Positions 26,571 to 38,503 of a stretch of 64,000 bases of DNA are shown piece by piece. The notes below the pieces were generated by a model. That model was not told the origin of the DNA. It saw only the letters and a list, made by a program, of their open reading frames with translations, and did not search any database. The translations under genes were made by a program, and so were the position numbers. How positions within the stretch are numbered: the first letter of the stretch is position 1; every line of letters starts with the position of its first letter. Source of the stretch: Vicugna vicugna (taxonomy: Eukaryota); assembly GCA_013265495.1 (NCBI GenBank), contig MU058213.1, forward strand, positions 2,294,001 to 2,358,000, read 5' to 3'.

Positions 26571-28363
26571 TTTTTTTGGCTGTGATACTTTTTTTTTTTT
26601 TTAATCAAATTACAGTCAGTTACAATGTGTCAACTTCTGGTGGACAGCACACTGTCCCAGTCATGCATATACATACATATATTTTCATACTTTTTTCATT
26701 AAAGGTTATTACAAGATATTGATCATATTTCCCTGTGCTATACAGCAGAAACTTTTTAAAATCTATTTTTATATGTAGTTGCAATCATCTGTAAATCTCA
26801 AATTCCCAAATTTATCCCTTCCTACCCCCTTTCCCTGGTAACCGTAAGATTGTCTACCATGTCTGCCAGTCTGTTTGTAGATGAGTTCATAGTGTCCTTT
26901 TATTTAGGATTCCACATATGAGTAATATCATATGGTATTTTTCTTTCTCTTTCACTTCACTTAAAATGGTGATCTCTAGGTCCATCCATGTTGCTGCAAA
27001 TGGCATTGTTTTATTATTTTTATGGCTTAGTAGTATTCCATTGTAGAAATACACCACAACTTTATCCAGTCATCTGTCAGTGGACATTTAGGTTGATTCC
27101 ATGTTTTGGCTGTTGTATATAGTGCTTCTATGAGCATTGGGGTGAATATGTCTTTTCAAATTAGAGTTCCCTTCAGGTACGTACTCAGGAGTTGGGATTG
27201 CTAGAGCATATAGTAGGTCTATTTTTAGTTTTTTGAGGACTCTCCATATTGTTTTTCATAATGTCTACACCAAGCTACATTGCCCACAGCAGTGTAGGAG
27301 GGTTCCCTTCTCTCCACATCCTTTCCAGCATTTATCATTCATGGACTTTTCAATGATGGCCATTCTGACTGGTGTGAGGAGATACCTCATTGTAGTTTTG
27401 ATTTGCATTTCTCTGATAATGAGTGATATTGAGTATTTTTTCATGTGCCTATTGGCCATTTGTATGTCTTCATTGGAGAATTGTGTGTTTAGGTCCTGTG
27501 CNNNNNNNNNNNNNNNNNNNNNNNNNNNNNNNNNNNNNNNNNNNNNNNNNNNNNNNNNNNNNNNNNNNNNNNNNNNNNNNNNNNNNNNNNNNNNNNNNNN
27601 NNNNNNNNNNNNNNNNNNNNNNNNNNNNNNNNNNNNNNNNNNNNNNNNNNNNNNNNNNNNNNNNNNNNNNNNNNNTTAATTAGGTTTGTTTATTTTTGCT
27701 CTTATTTCTATTGCCTGGGTAGAATGCCCTAGGAGAACATTGCTAAGATTGATGTCAGAGAATGTTTTGCCTAAGTTTTCTTCTGGGAGATTTATCATGT
27801 CTTGTCTTATATTTAAGTCTTTAAGCCATTTTGAGTTTATTTTTGTGTATGGAGTGAGGGAGTGTTCTAACTTCATTGATTTACATGCAGCTGTCCAGTT
27901 TTCCCAACACTACTTGCTGAAGAGACTGTCTTTTCTCCATTGTATGTTCTTGCCTCCTTTGTCAAAGATTAATTGACCATAGATCTGTGGATTTATTTCT
28001 GGGCTCTCTGTGTTCCATCGATCCATGTGTCTGTTTTTATGCCAATACCACGCTGTTTTGATTACTGTAGCTCTGTAGTATTTTCTGAAGTCTGGGAGGG
28101 TTATGCCTCCAGCTTCATTCTTTTTCTTCAATATTGCTTTGGCAATTCTGGGTCTTTTATGATTTCATATAAATTTTAGGATTGTTCTAGTTCTGTGAAA
28201 AGTGTCCTGGGTAATTTGATGAGGATCACATTAAATCTGTAAATTACCTTGAGCAGTATGGCCATTTTAATGATATTGATTCTTCAAATCCAAGAGCATG
28301 GGATATCTTTCCCTTTCTTTAAGTCATCTTTAATTTCCTTAATCATTGTTTTGTAGTTCTCTG
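26571..28363 (-). mobile_element. Camelid-type L1, 5'-truncated (~1.8 kb), spanning the assembly gap
   Basis: ORF2p peptides on both sides of the Ns ([37 protein letters not shown]). TSD tatctttgaagaatt 26556-26570 vs tatcattgaagaatt 28364-28378 (14/15). Confidence 0.9.
27502..27675. other. Assembly gap (174 N)
   Basis: Run of Ns. Confidence 1.
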
Positions 28364-29486
28364 TATCATTGAAGAATTATAGAGCAAAGAAATTTATGTA
28401 AATTCCTAAGGTAGATATGACTCTAGAACTCAGCATCTTTACAAACTTAGAGGTCTCCTCTATCCAAACTTCCTCAAAAAATGTAGTGTTCTAGGGATAA
28501 AATTCCAAGAGAGGAGAAAATTAAAAATTGTTGTATCTTAGAAAACTGTTAAATGATCATAACTATTTCATGTAGGCATTATATATTACGTATTTTTTTG
28601 TGGTAACCAGTGAGTTAATATACTTTGTTACAGTGAAAATTTATTATACATACAGAAACAAAATGATAGTTAGGAGCCTCAGATACATGCTAGTCAAGCC
28701 TCATTTCACTTGCAGGAAGGAAAATTGAGGGCAACAGAGGTCACATATTGCTTAAACCACCTTCAGATTTCCTTCTCAGAGATGTTCACACAAGACCCTC
28801 TGATGGGCTTAAACTTACATTGAATGCGTTCCTATAAGCTAAAGATTTTGTTGTCTAAGGTTCCTGTGCATCATAGTTGAATAGAATAGTGATGTTCACC
28901 TGGTAAATAATGTTCAAAAATCAGCTGTTACTCTGATAGAGTCACTGGAACTTGACTTTAATCCCATTTAGAGAGAAGGTTTCACTCTGAAGTTGATGGA
29001 AGTACTGTGGCTCTATATGAAAGATACTGTCACTAAACTGCAAAATACCCTTGCTATGCGATGATAGGACTTCTGAGACAAGGAATGTTAGGAGCAGCGT
29101 TACGGAGAGTATCCAGCTTGTAATTGCAGAGGTCTAACCACAGTTCAACTGAGCAAAACAATTACATGTAGAATAAAAGGCAGTTCATTGAGGAATAAAG
29201 TCATTGTGAGAGTGTGTATGTATTGTTCACATGTATGGTACAGATGTATGCACATTTACATGTGTAATATACATATGTACACCATAAACGTTCCCTTTAT
29301 ATGGTTTTTAAGTCCAGTTATTTTAATGTTAACAAATTACAACCTCTGGGTCATAGAACATACTTTTCAATCCGTACTACTTGTATACTTACTTGGCCAG
29401 GTATATTTTTCCAATTTTTTATTGTAAATAATGAAACAGTACAGATCTTCACACATGAAATTTTTCCTCTTTTTTAGTATTTAAAA

Positions 29487-29896
29487 TTAGTTTGTGAGGG
29501 CTAATGTAACAAAGCACCACAAACTGAGTGACTGAGAACCACAGAAATTGTCACATTTCTGGAGGCTAGAAGTGTGAGGTCGAGGAGTGTGGACAGGGCA
29601 GTGCTCCCTCTGACGGCTCTGTCTGTCCAGGTCTCTCTCCTGCCTACAAGTAGGTAGCTCCTTGGCTTCGGAGTGTAACTCTAATCTTTACATTTTCTTC
29701 TTGTATGTGTATGTGTCCTCAAACTTCTTTTTATAAGGACATCAGTCATACTGGATTGGGAATCACCCTACTCTGGTGCAACCTCATCTTAATTATATCT
29801 ACAAAAACTCTATTTCCAAACAAGGCTGCATTCTGAGGAACTGTGGGTTAGAACCTCCACATATGGATTTGGGGGGACACAGTTGAGTCCATAACA
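29487..29896 (-). mobile_element. MaLR solo LTR (MLT1B/C-like)
   Basis: gtaacaaagcaccacaaactgagtg...ttctggaggctagaag...ggggggacacagttgagtccataaca. Confidence 0.85.
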
Positions 29897-30959
29897 AAAA
29901 TAATTTCATTAGCATTAACTTCTAAAAAAGGAATCCCCCCCTCAGAACAAAGGCTATTGCTAGATAGCACTTGAAGTTTTCTTGAAAATTAAAGTTTTCA
30001 CCATCATCAGCTATATAACAGTGTCTGATTCATGACATCCTCAAAATCCTCGATAATTATTTTTTATATCATTAAAATTAATATCATTGTTCTAATACTT
30101 GCTAATTTTATAATCATGATTAGGCATAGTTTTAATAAATTGGACCATTTTCCATGCTTATTTACCATTGTTATATTCTGATTTGTGAATTATCTAGTCA
30201 CATTATTGACTATTTATTTGGGTATTAGTGTCATTTTTATAGACATGCAAGAGTTCTTTATACACTGAGCATATTAATAAACATGTTTTCAGCAAACATA
30301 TTTTTATTTTTCTATACAAAAGTACTAACAACAAATTTATCAAACATTTCTTTTTGTTATCTTTTGTTTCTACGTTTGAGCATATCTTATTCCATGAGGT
30401 TAACAAATAGTCCTTTCTATTTTTACTTTTTCTTTAGTTATTTTATATTTAATTATCTTATACACTTGGAACCTCATGGGAAATGTATGAGATACAAATG
30501 AAGATTCCAAATACTTAACCTATGTTCTAAACATTAGTTATTGACTGGTGTTTCTCTTTTTCTTTTATAACAATATGTTCTTCTTTACCATTGAGTTCTT
30601 AAGTATCAGGGTATATGACTTAGCTATGTTTCATTGATCTTTTAATCTGTTATTTTGCTAGGACTATAATGTTTTCACTAGCATAGACTTTTAATATTTG
30701 TGTAGCTTCTTCTCACAAATCTTTTAAAAAATCTTAGATGTTTTCACTTGTTTATTAATCTGTTTATACTTGAACTTAGGATAATGAGAAAATAGGATAA
30801 TTTCAAGTTACAACACCTTTTCATTAGGATTTTAACTGTTACATGTATATAAATCTGTTAAAAATATTCATCTTCCCTACTCAGAAATATGAAAGAACAG
30901 TTTTCTTTATACAGATTTTAAAATAATTCCATAGAGTGGTATGGTTTATGTAAGGTTGT

Positions 30960-31720
30960 TAATTCAGTGCTCAGCAAACATTTTTTTGGTGGTTTACTCT
31001 ATGTCAGGAATGTAATAGAAGTTAACAAAGAGATTAAAAAATGAACTATCATCAAGGTGCTTGTCTGGAAGGGATTGCAGATAAGGAAACTGAAAGGTTG
31101 ATTAGCCAAGAGGAATACACAGTGTACAGAGCTCACGTACAAAGACCAGTAATCCCTGAAAAACGACCATTTTCAGGAGAGTGTGTTATGCTTTAACTGA
31201 GTTTTGGAGGCTGTCAGGCAGTTAGGTAGTGAAGAAGAGAACTTGTTTTAGGTGAAGGAAACTGAAGATGCGAAGGCACACATCTCAAAGAGCATGGTGT
31301 GGAAACGAAATGGCGAGAATTTAATTGTGGCCAAAGTGTAGGATGTGAATGAGGACTCGTGAACCATGAACTTGTAGTTAGACACAGATCTCGTTTTCTC
31401 AAGGGGGCATTGAGTAACATTGGTGGGTTTTAAAAAAGGAAAGTGACGTGACCATATTTATATTTTAGAAAGGTTTCAAAGGGGAGAATATAGCATAAGG
31501 ACAAGAATGGAGTCCAAATGAACAGAAAGCGTTCATTGATAATTAGTAAAAATATGTATTCAGTGAACAAATGAGCGCTGAATGAATCAATAAATGAAAA
31601 GGTAAAATGTATTACCAGATTTAGCAGCTGAAAAATAATAACTTTGGTAAGATGACCTTTATTCAGTGGGATGGTTGACAGAAGCCAGTTAGAATGGGAG
31701 ATGATGTCAAAGTACTGGAT
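30960..31720 (-). mobile_element. L2 LINE 3' portion
   Basis: Starts tcagcaaacatttttt..tactctatgtcagg; later tggatatttgaagtcagaact. Confidence 0.65.
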
Positions 31721-33585
31721 ATTTGAAGTCAGAACTAGTGGCATTGTTTTCTAAACTAGTTATTTCTTGTTAGTAGGAAATACCTTGTTGTTACTCTGTT
31801 TACGTATTGGTTATATATTCACTTTGCTGCCTATTTTATTAATCCTGATAGTTTTCTAGGAGTTTGGTTTGCTTTGTTTTCTGGGTATAATACTGCAGTT
31901 CCTAAAAACATACAATAACTTTGTATTACACCTTTCAGCCTTTGTTGTTTGTTTATGTTTTGTGTTTTAGTATATTGGTCATAATTTTGAGAAAGAAGTC
32001 AAAATATAGTAGTGGACTTCTTTTAATAACAGGGATACCCTAGTATTTTATACTTAAGTTGATGATTCTGAAAGATGCTTTTAGCATATTAAGCTTAAGA
32101 TTATTCCAATCTTATTTTAAATAGGTCAAAAATTTATTTAGAAGGTTTGAAATTTTATCATATGACATGTGTGTTTCTTTTAAAATGCAGATACTTTTTT
32201 TTCTGACCAGTTGATATGTCATGTTAAATTAGTCTATAATTTTGTATCATGCCTGTGAAAAAATCTTTATGGATATTATACATTATTCTTCTGAATTTTA
32301 TTTTTTGTATTTTATGCAGTATTTAAAAATATTTATGAGCATAAATAAGATTGGCTTTATTCCTTTATGTTGTGCTTTACCCTGTTTTATATTCAAAGAT
32401 AGAACCCTGGGATACTGTAAAACATTTAAAATAGTAAACAACAATATTTAGTTATGGTAGTTCATGAATTATTGAGTCAGGAGAACAAATAGGTTTCAGA
32501 CTATTGATAAAGGACATCATTAAGTAACATGACTGGTTAAATCCTTATCTCTCTGGGGCTCATCTGTAGAAATGAGAGGTTTGGACCACATGAACTCTAA
32601 GGTCACTCCAGTTCTAGCTTTTTCCTAACTGGTATTCACAGAGAAGTCTCTCCAGCTTTATGCTAATAAACAGTAGTACTTCGTAGCGTAGGAATGGACC
32701 ATGCTGTGATGACCCTGGCAGATGTGGACTTGAGTTTCAAAAAGAAACAAACAATTTGTTAGTCCATTGTTGAGCTACTTGATACTTGAGCCCATGAACA
32801 GTTGAAAACTAAGAAATCTTGACCTTGTGGTTTATCTTAAATTGTACTGGAGAGCTGTGGACCAGCCACCCCTCACTGGCTTGTTCAGCTTGCCTGAAAC
32901 TGGATCTAAAGGGCTGCAGATGGGGGATCCGAAGCCCTGGATTTGTGTCCCACTTCCGTCACTTTTTGGCTTTGTGATTTTTAAGTCTTTTAACCCCATC
33001 AGGCATCAGTTTTGTTATTTGCAAGATGAAATATATTTAATTAATCCTTTAGTCCCCAAGTTCTAAGATATGAGAAGCCATAAATAATCTTTAATAAAAA
33101 TATCTTTATTATATATAGTCATCTGAGGTTTACCTTCACATATATTGATCTCAGCTGATCCTCTCTACAATGTTTGGAGGCAAAAAGCAAAAGTATTTAG
33201 TGACCTTATTTCAAAGTTAGGGCTAGACTCCAGCCTCCAGAGAATTTGGTAGTTTGCCCAATGTGCTTTTAGTAAGTGGCAGAGCCCCAGCTGGAGCCTA
33301 GGAATTCTGGTTCTTCAACTGTTCTTTTCTTGATATGACATGCTTGTCTTTCATTATCCCATAATCGTCCTTGTACACTTTTCAAGCATCCTGGTACATT
33401 TTCCAGCTCTTTAAATTGTGAGGACCAACTATCCTTTTTTCCTTGGGGGTCAGCTTTGAAATGCTGTTCATTGAGGATTTTAAACAATGTAACACTAACA
33501 CTTTTTTTTCATGTGTATGTTTAAATGATTTCTTGAAAAGTACTCCATCTAACATTTATCCCTTCTTTTCCTGATTCTTTTTCAG

Positions 33586-33608
33586 ATAGCAGTTCTGTGG
33601 ATGAAAAG
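33586..33608 (+). CDS. UNC13C: UNC13C (Munc13-3) internal 23-nt coding microexon, phase 1 to 0, encoding (D)SSSVDEK
   Basis: Branch-like CTAAC (33549-33553), polypyrimidine tract and ttcag acceptor, then AT AGC AGT TCT GTG GAT GAA AAG and donor GTTTTA. Splices in frame to the next exon to give [26 protein letters not shown], which I recognise from UNC13C just N-terminal of the GLYGIDSMPDL/C1 region. Confidence 0.9.
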
Positions 33609-34187
33609 GTTTTAAATCATACTTTTTCTTCCTCCCCCCCGAGGGATCTTGTCTTTTGTACATGTTTGTTTGTGACATATTAGACCTGTTTTGGTTCTTC
33701 TGTTTTAGCTGTGAAATGTGCATGTTATCCCAGCTTTCCATTCTTTGGTTGTCCTTTAAGTGTGCCCCGATATGTTGCATCCACCAGGAGGTTACACCTT
33801 GCCAGCTTCGCTTCCTTGAGCTTATACTTGCCAACCTAGGGGTCTGCTACGGTCAAACTCACATCTGTTCTTCAGTCTGGCTAATCATGATCTCCCTGAC
33901 TGATTCATGATCTTCACTGCACATACCAAGTTTTAAGGGCAAATAGTATTTGGAATATATTTCCCTCTACTCTGCCAGTGCTTTGGTTGAAATGCTGACG
34001 GCTAATTTCAAAACCTCCACTCACAAAACCAGTCGCTTTGACTTGGAGCTGACCCTGCTTAGCATCTGTCATACTAGGTGTTACGTGTCTAGTGCAGTTG
34101 ACCGTGTTCCAGATTCATGTGTACACAGCTCTGGTGTGCTAAAAGCCTCTTTGTTTTGTTCTGTTTTTTTCTCCATCTTCATTTAAG

Positions 34188-34252
34188 GCTCGAATAGTAA
34201 GTGGCAATGATTTGGATGCTTCCAAATTCTCCGCACTACAGGCGTTTGGTGG
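34188..34252 (+). CDS. UNC13C: UNC13C internal 65-nt coding exon, phase 0 to 2, encoding [21 protein letters not shown](G)
   Basis: Long pyrimidine tract ending in atttaag, open frame, strong donor TGG|GTAAGT at 34253. Peptide matches remembered UNC13C sequence. Confidence 0.92.
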
Positions 34253-34921
34253 GTAAGTACATTCATAATCTTCCTACTTCATTTCATTCATCAGTGGTAC
34301 TTGCCTATGCTCTCAGCATACATATTTTGAGCACAGAATGTTGCATGACTCTGTAATTAGCTTGCCTCATTGTTGCTTTTTTTCACAGTGAAGTAGCTTT
34401 TGTAGTGCTTTTTTAAAAAGTAATGTACAGATTCACGTATATTTATGTTTAATTACGTGTACGTGTATATATATAAGAAAACTGAAATCATTTAACCAGA
34501 ATGGACTTTATCATTCCATATTAAAATACAAACATATAATTTTATATTAGTGAGTTCACATTAATATAATGAATACTGTGTTTTGATCTGCTTGTTGGTA
34601 CTTAATGATATGTATGTGCATGAACATCTTTCTGTGTCAGTAAGTCATTGAACGTAAATCTTCACTGTTATTTTCTACAGTTGCATTTGATCGGTGTATA
34701 AAACTCTTTAAAATTTAGTCCCAAAATAATGTATTGATTATATTTTCAATGTGAAATATTCAAACGAGATGATCTCCTTTAATGCCTGTAGTGATACGTT
34801 GGTATCTGTTTGGTATGCATGTGGATAGGCCTTTTGTGTGCTTGGGTACATATGTCAGTTCATATAGAAGTAGTTTTGTGTATCTTTGTGCATTTAACAT
34901 AATATCAGGCCATTCTATACA

Positions 34922-35158
34922 TAAATAAGCACTAATTTAATGCTGACTTTATAGCAGATACTGCTAAAATTGTTTCATATGTAGTGACTCATTTGATTCT
35001 CACAGTGGCCCTATGAGGTAAGTACTGTTCTGATTTCTGTTATACAAATGAGGAAAGTGATGTATAAAGCAGTTAAAAAAATTTCTTCATACAGCTAATA
35101 GGTAACAATTAGTATTCAAACACAGAGTTCCAGAGTCTGTGCTCTTAATTACTATGCT
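34922..35158 (-). mobile_element. MIR SINE
   Basis: ctcatttgattctcacagtggccctatgaggtaagtact...acaaatgaggaaagtga...agagtctgtgctcttaattactatgct. Confidence 0.85.
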
Positions 35159-36867
35159 CTGTTTCATCTGCAACTTAAAGGTTCCTTTTTGTTTTATTTT
35201 ATCTTTTTCCCATTTGACAACATACCTTGGAAAACTTCCCACTTCGATATTTATGAATGATGCAAATATTTCAAGACATTTATGTATAATATTTGTTAAT
35301 TCTTGTATTAATGAATTTTCCATAATGTTTCTAAGTGCCATTACTCAAAATACTATAGCAAACATAAAATGGAGTTTTGCACAGGATTGATAGTTTTTAA
35401 AGTGTTGAAATTTGAACACATTTGTGTACAATATAAATAGAAATTTCGATACCTGTTTTAGCGTTCTTAGGGCAAAGAAGGTCTCACAGTTACGTTTTAT
35501 ATTCTCATCCTTTTAAAATGAATCTTCTTAAGTTACATCCACATGCTACTTTAAACATAGGAAAAATTTTAGATTTCAAATTTAAAGTTCCTGGAAAATA
35601 ACATTTTTTTTTGCGATTTTTCAAATAAGTAATCAAGACGTTATTGGTTAAATCTATAAACTCTTCAATGTCCTTTAACTACATGAAAAATTACAATTGT
35701 ATTATAATGTCACAGTAATTTAAATGTTACCAAGGCATGTGGCAAAAACTCACTACGGATTATCTATAGAAAATTCAGTAATAAATGGATCACTCTCTCC
35801 ACACTACACATACTGTCTATCTTTAAGTTTACTAAAAAAAAAGTGATATTACACAACTAATAAAATGGTTATCTTAGAAAATAATTAAGTTGAATGCCAA
35901 TGTCATTTTGAAACAAATTTTGTATGTCCTGATCTTAGAGACTCATCTAAGTTTATGATCTTGTTTTCTGCAACTCCTGCCTTTCTGTGGCATCTATCAC
36001 TTGATAAAAACGTGCTTCTCTGATGTCTGAATATGGAGTTTTATCTTTGTCAGAGCAACAGAGTTAACCTACCTCCATGTTTTTGTGAAGTGCATACTGT
36101 GTCAGTGTTTAGGTAAAGCAGGTGATCTTGGCATTTCGCATAGATCCTTTCCATATTATTTTTCCAGAAACTGTCTGTTTCAAGGACTTCCCAAGGGATG
36201 CTGGAATTATGATGGTATAGAAAAGGGGTGATAATTTTCAGTCATCAAGAGAATCTGTTATAGTCTGAAGGCAGGTGGTTCTTGAAGAACCTGAAGGGTA
36301 CATTTAAATGCAAGCTTTCAATCACAACCTCTTTCAGAAATATTTTCTCCTTATTTTACTATCCCTATAAATTTGAAATGTATATTTTAGGAAAGTGAAA
36401 TATTGCTGTAATTCTCAATAGTACAATTTCTATTGTCCTGGAACACTGAGACTGGAGCAGACTTTCAAAATAGGGAGCCATTGCTGCCTCCTGACAAGGT
36501 TATGGCATCCTTCACTCATCCACCTTCAGCATCCCTCATCAGTTCGAACCCAACCACATCCATCCTCCCCTCTTCCTTCTCAAGTGTCAGTAGAAGTCCG
36601 ATCTATACACACTGAAATCTGATAATGGAGTTAACCGCTGATTTCTGCTCATCTCTCTATACATTTCCTGTAAGTGTTGCTGGAAAAGACATGCCAGACT
36701 TTATTTTTCCTGTCACAGTAAAATTGGAGACTAGGTCTGGAAAAGGAATTAGGAAAGGGAGAGAGAAAAGATGTACAGAAAAAGAGAAGGCTGGAAAGAC
36801 ACTTGTTGCAGTGAAATCACTACATTTAACATTTTGCATCTTCGTGGTTTTGTAAGTTTGTAAGAGC

Positions 36868-37339
36868 TGTCATACGTGTAAGCTAAGAGTCCTACCAGGA
36901 GCACACACCAAGGTACAGCGCTTTTGTGGGGGAACCATCTCAGAGAAAGTGGAGAGACAGACAACAGGAGTAGGCGAGTAACACCTTGGACCATAACTGG
37001 GTCCAAAACCTGGGAAAAGAGATGGGGAAGGAGGCAGGAGGAGGCACGAGAAGCTTTGAACTGACAGCGGCGAGAATGCAGTAAAGTGTCTGTCAGACAG
37101 ACCAGTGAGGGGTCCAGAGAAAAGGCTGCCTATTGGAGGAGTCACACACTGAACGTAAGTGACCAGCTCTGTTATCCCACCAACTTCAGTCATTGGCCGG
37201 CAGCACCTTGGGAAGAGAGTGGCCCAGAGGGAGTGCTGAAGTTGATTCTGGAGGTGCGGTAACTGAAAGTTGTCATCCAACTACTCTTAGAAGATGTTCT
37301 CTGAGGGATATCTGAGTGATACCTGCCCGTGGCTACCCA
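36868..37339 (-). mobile_element. ERVL-class solo LTR (LTR33-like)
   Basis: ggctgcctattggaggagtc...ttcagtcattggccgg...gagggatatctgagtgatacctgcccgtggctaccca resembles remembered LTR33 consensus. Confidence 0.65.
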
Positions 37340-37473
37340 GCATCTGATAATTTGATGTCATTTGAATGTCAGTTTGATGACACTGCTTTAATAAATGATA
37401 GCTCAAGAAGTCACGTGAGTACCTTCTCCAAATAGAAATCACTTGTTAAGTGAGAATGCCTCTCCTTCAGTGC

Positions 37474-38503
37474 TTTTTTTTTAACATTTTTTATTGATTT
37501 ATAATCATTTTACAATGTTGTGTCAAATTCCAGTGTTCAGCACAATTTTTCAGTCATTCATGAACATATACAATTGTCACATTTTTTTCTCTGTGAGTTA
37601 TCATAACATTTTGTGTATATTTCCCTGTGCTATACAGTGTAATCTTGTTTATCTATTCTACAATTTTTAAATCCCAGTCTATCCCTTCCCACCCTCCACC
37701 CCCCTGGTAACCACAAGTCTGTATTCTCTGTCTGTGAGTCTATTTCTGTTCTGTATTTACGCTTTGTTTTTGTTTGTTTGTTTTTGTTTTTTAGATTCCA
37801 CATATGAGCGATCTCATATGGTATTTTTCTTTCTCTTTCTGGCTTACTTCACTTAGCATGACATTCTCCAGGAGCATCCATGTTGCTGCAAATGGCATTA
37901 TGTTGTCGGCTTTTATGGCTGAGTAGTATTCCATTGTATAAATATACCACCTCTTCTTTATCCAGTCACCTGTTGATGGACATTTAGGCTGTTTCCATGT
38001 TTTGGCTATTGTAAATAGTGCTGCTATGAACATTGGGGTGCAGGTGTCATCCTGAAGTAGAGTTCCTTCTGGATACAAGCCCAGGAGTGGGATTCCTAGG
38101 TCATATGGTAAGTCTATTCCTAGTCTTTTGAGGAATCTCCACACTGTTTTCCACAGTGGCTGCACCAAACTGCATTCCCACCAGCAGTGTAGGAGGGTTC
38201 CCCTTTCTCCACAGCCTCTCCAGCGTTTGTCATTTGTGGATTTTTGAATGACGGCCATTCTGACTGGTGTGAGGTGATACCTCATTGTAGTTTTGATTTG
38301 CATTTCTCTGATAATTAGTGATATTGAGCATTTTTTCATGTGCCTTTTGATCATTTGTATGTCTTCCTTGGAGAATTGCTTGTTTAGGTCTTCTGCCCAT
38401 TTTTGGATTGGGTTGTTTATTTTTTTCTTATTGAGTCGTATGAGCTGCTTATGTATTCTGGAGATCAAGCCTTTGTCGGTTTCACTTGCAAAAATTTTCT
38501 CCC
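37474..38503 (-). mobile_element. Very young camelid-type L1, 5'-truncated (~1 kb), with uninterrupted ORF2p C-terminus
   Basis: 225-aa ORF 37791-38468 is L1 ORF2p C-terminus. Perfect TSD cctctccttcagtgcttt at 37459-37476 and 38502-38519. Confidence 0.95.

Noticed and set aside
27502..27675. Gap as a mis-join hiding the large UNC13C exon
   Set aside because: One L1 with matching TSDs spans it, and the gap size fits the missing L1 segment.
27233..27683. ORFs with poly-X
   Set aside because: Antisense L1 read into the N gap.
37791..38468. Longest ORF (225 aa) as a host gene
   Set aside because: It is the L1 ORF2p C-terminus inside a TSD-flanked, truncated L1.
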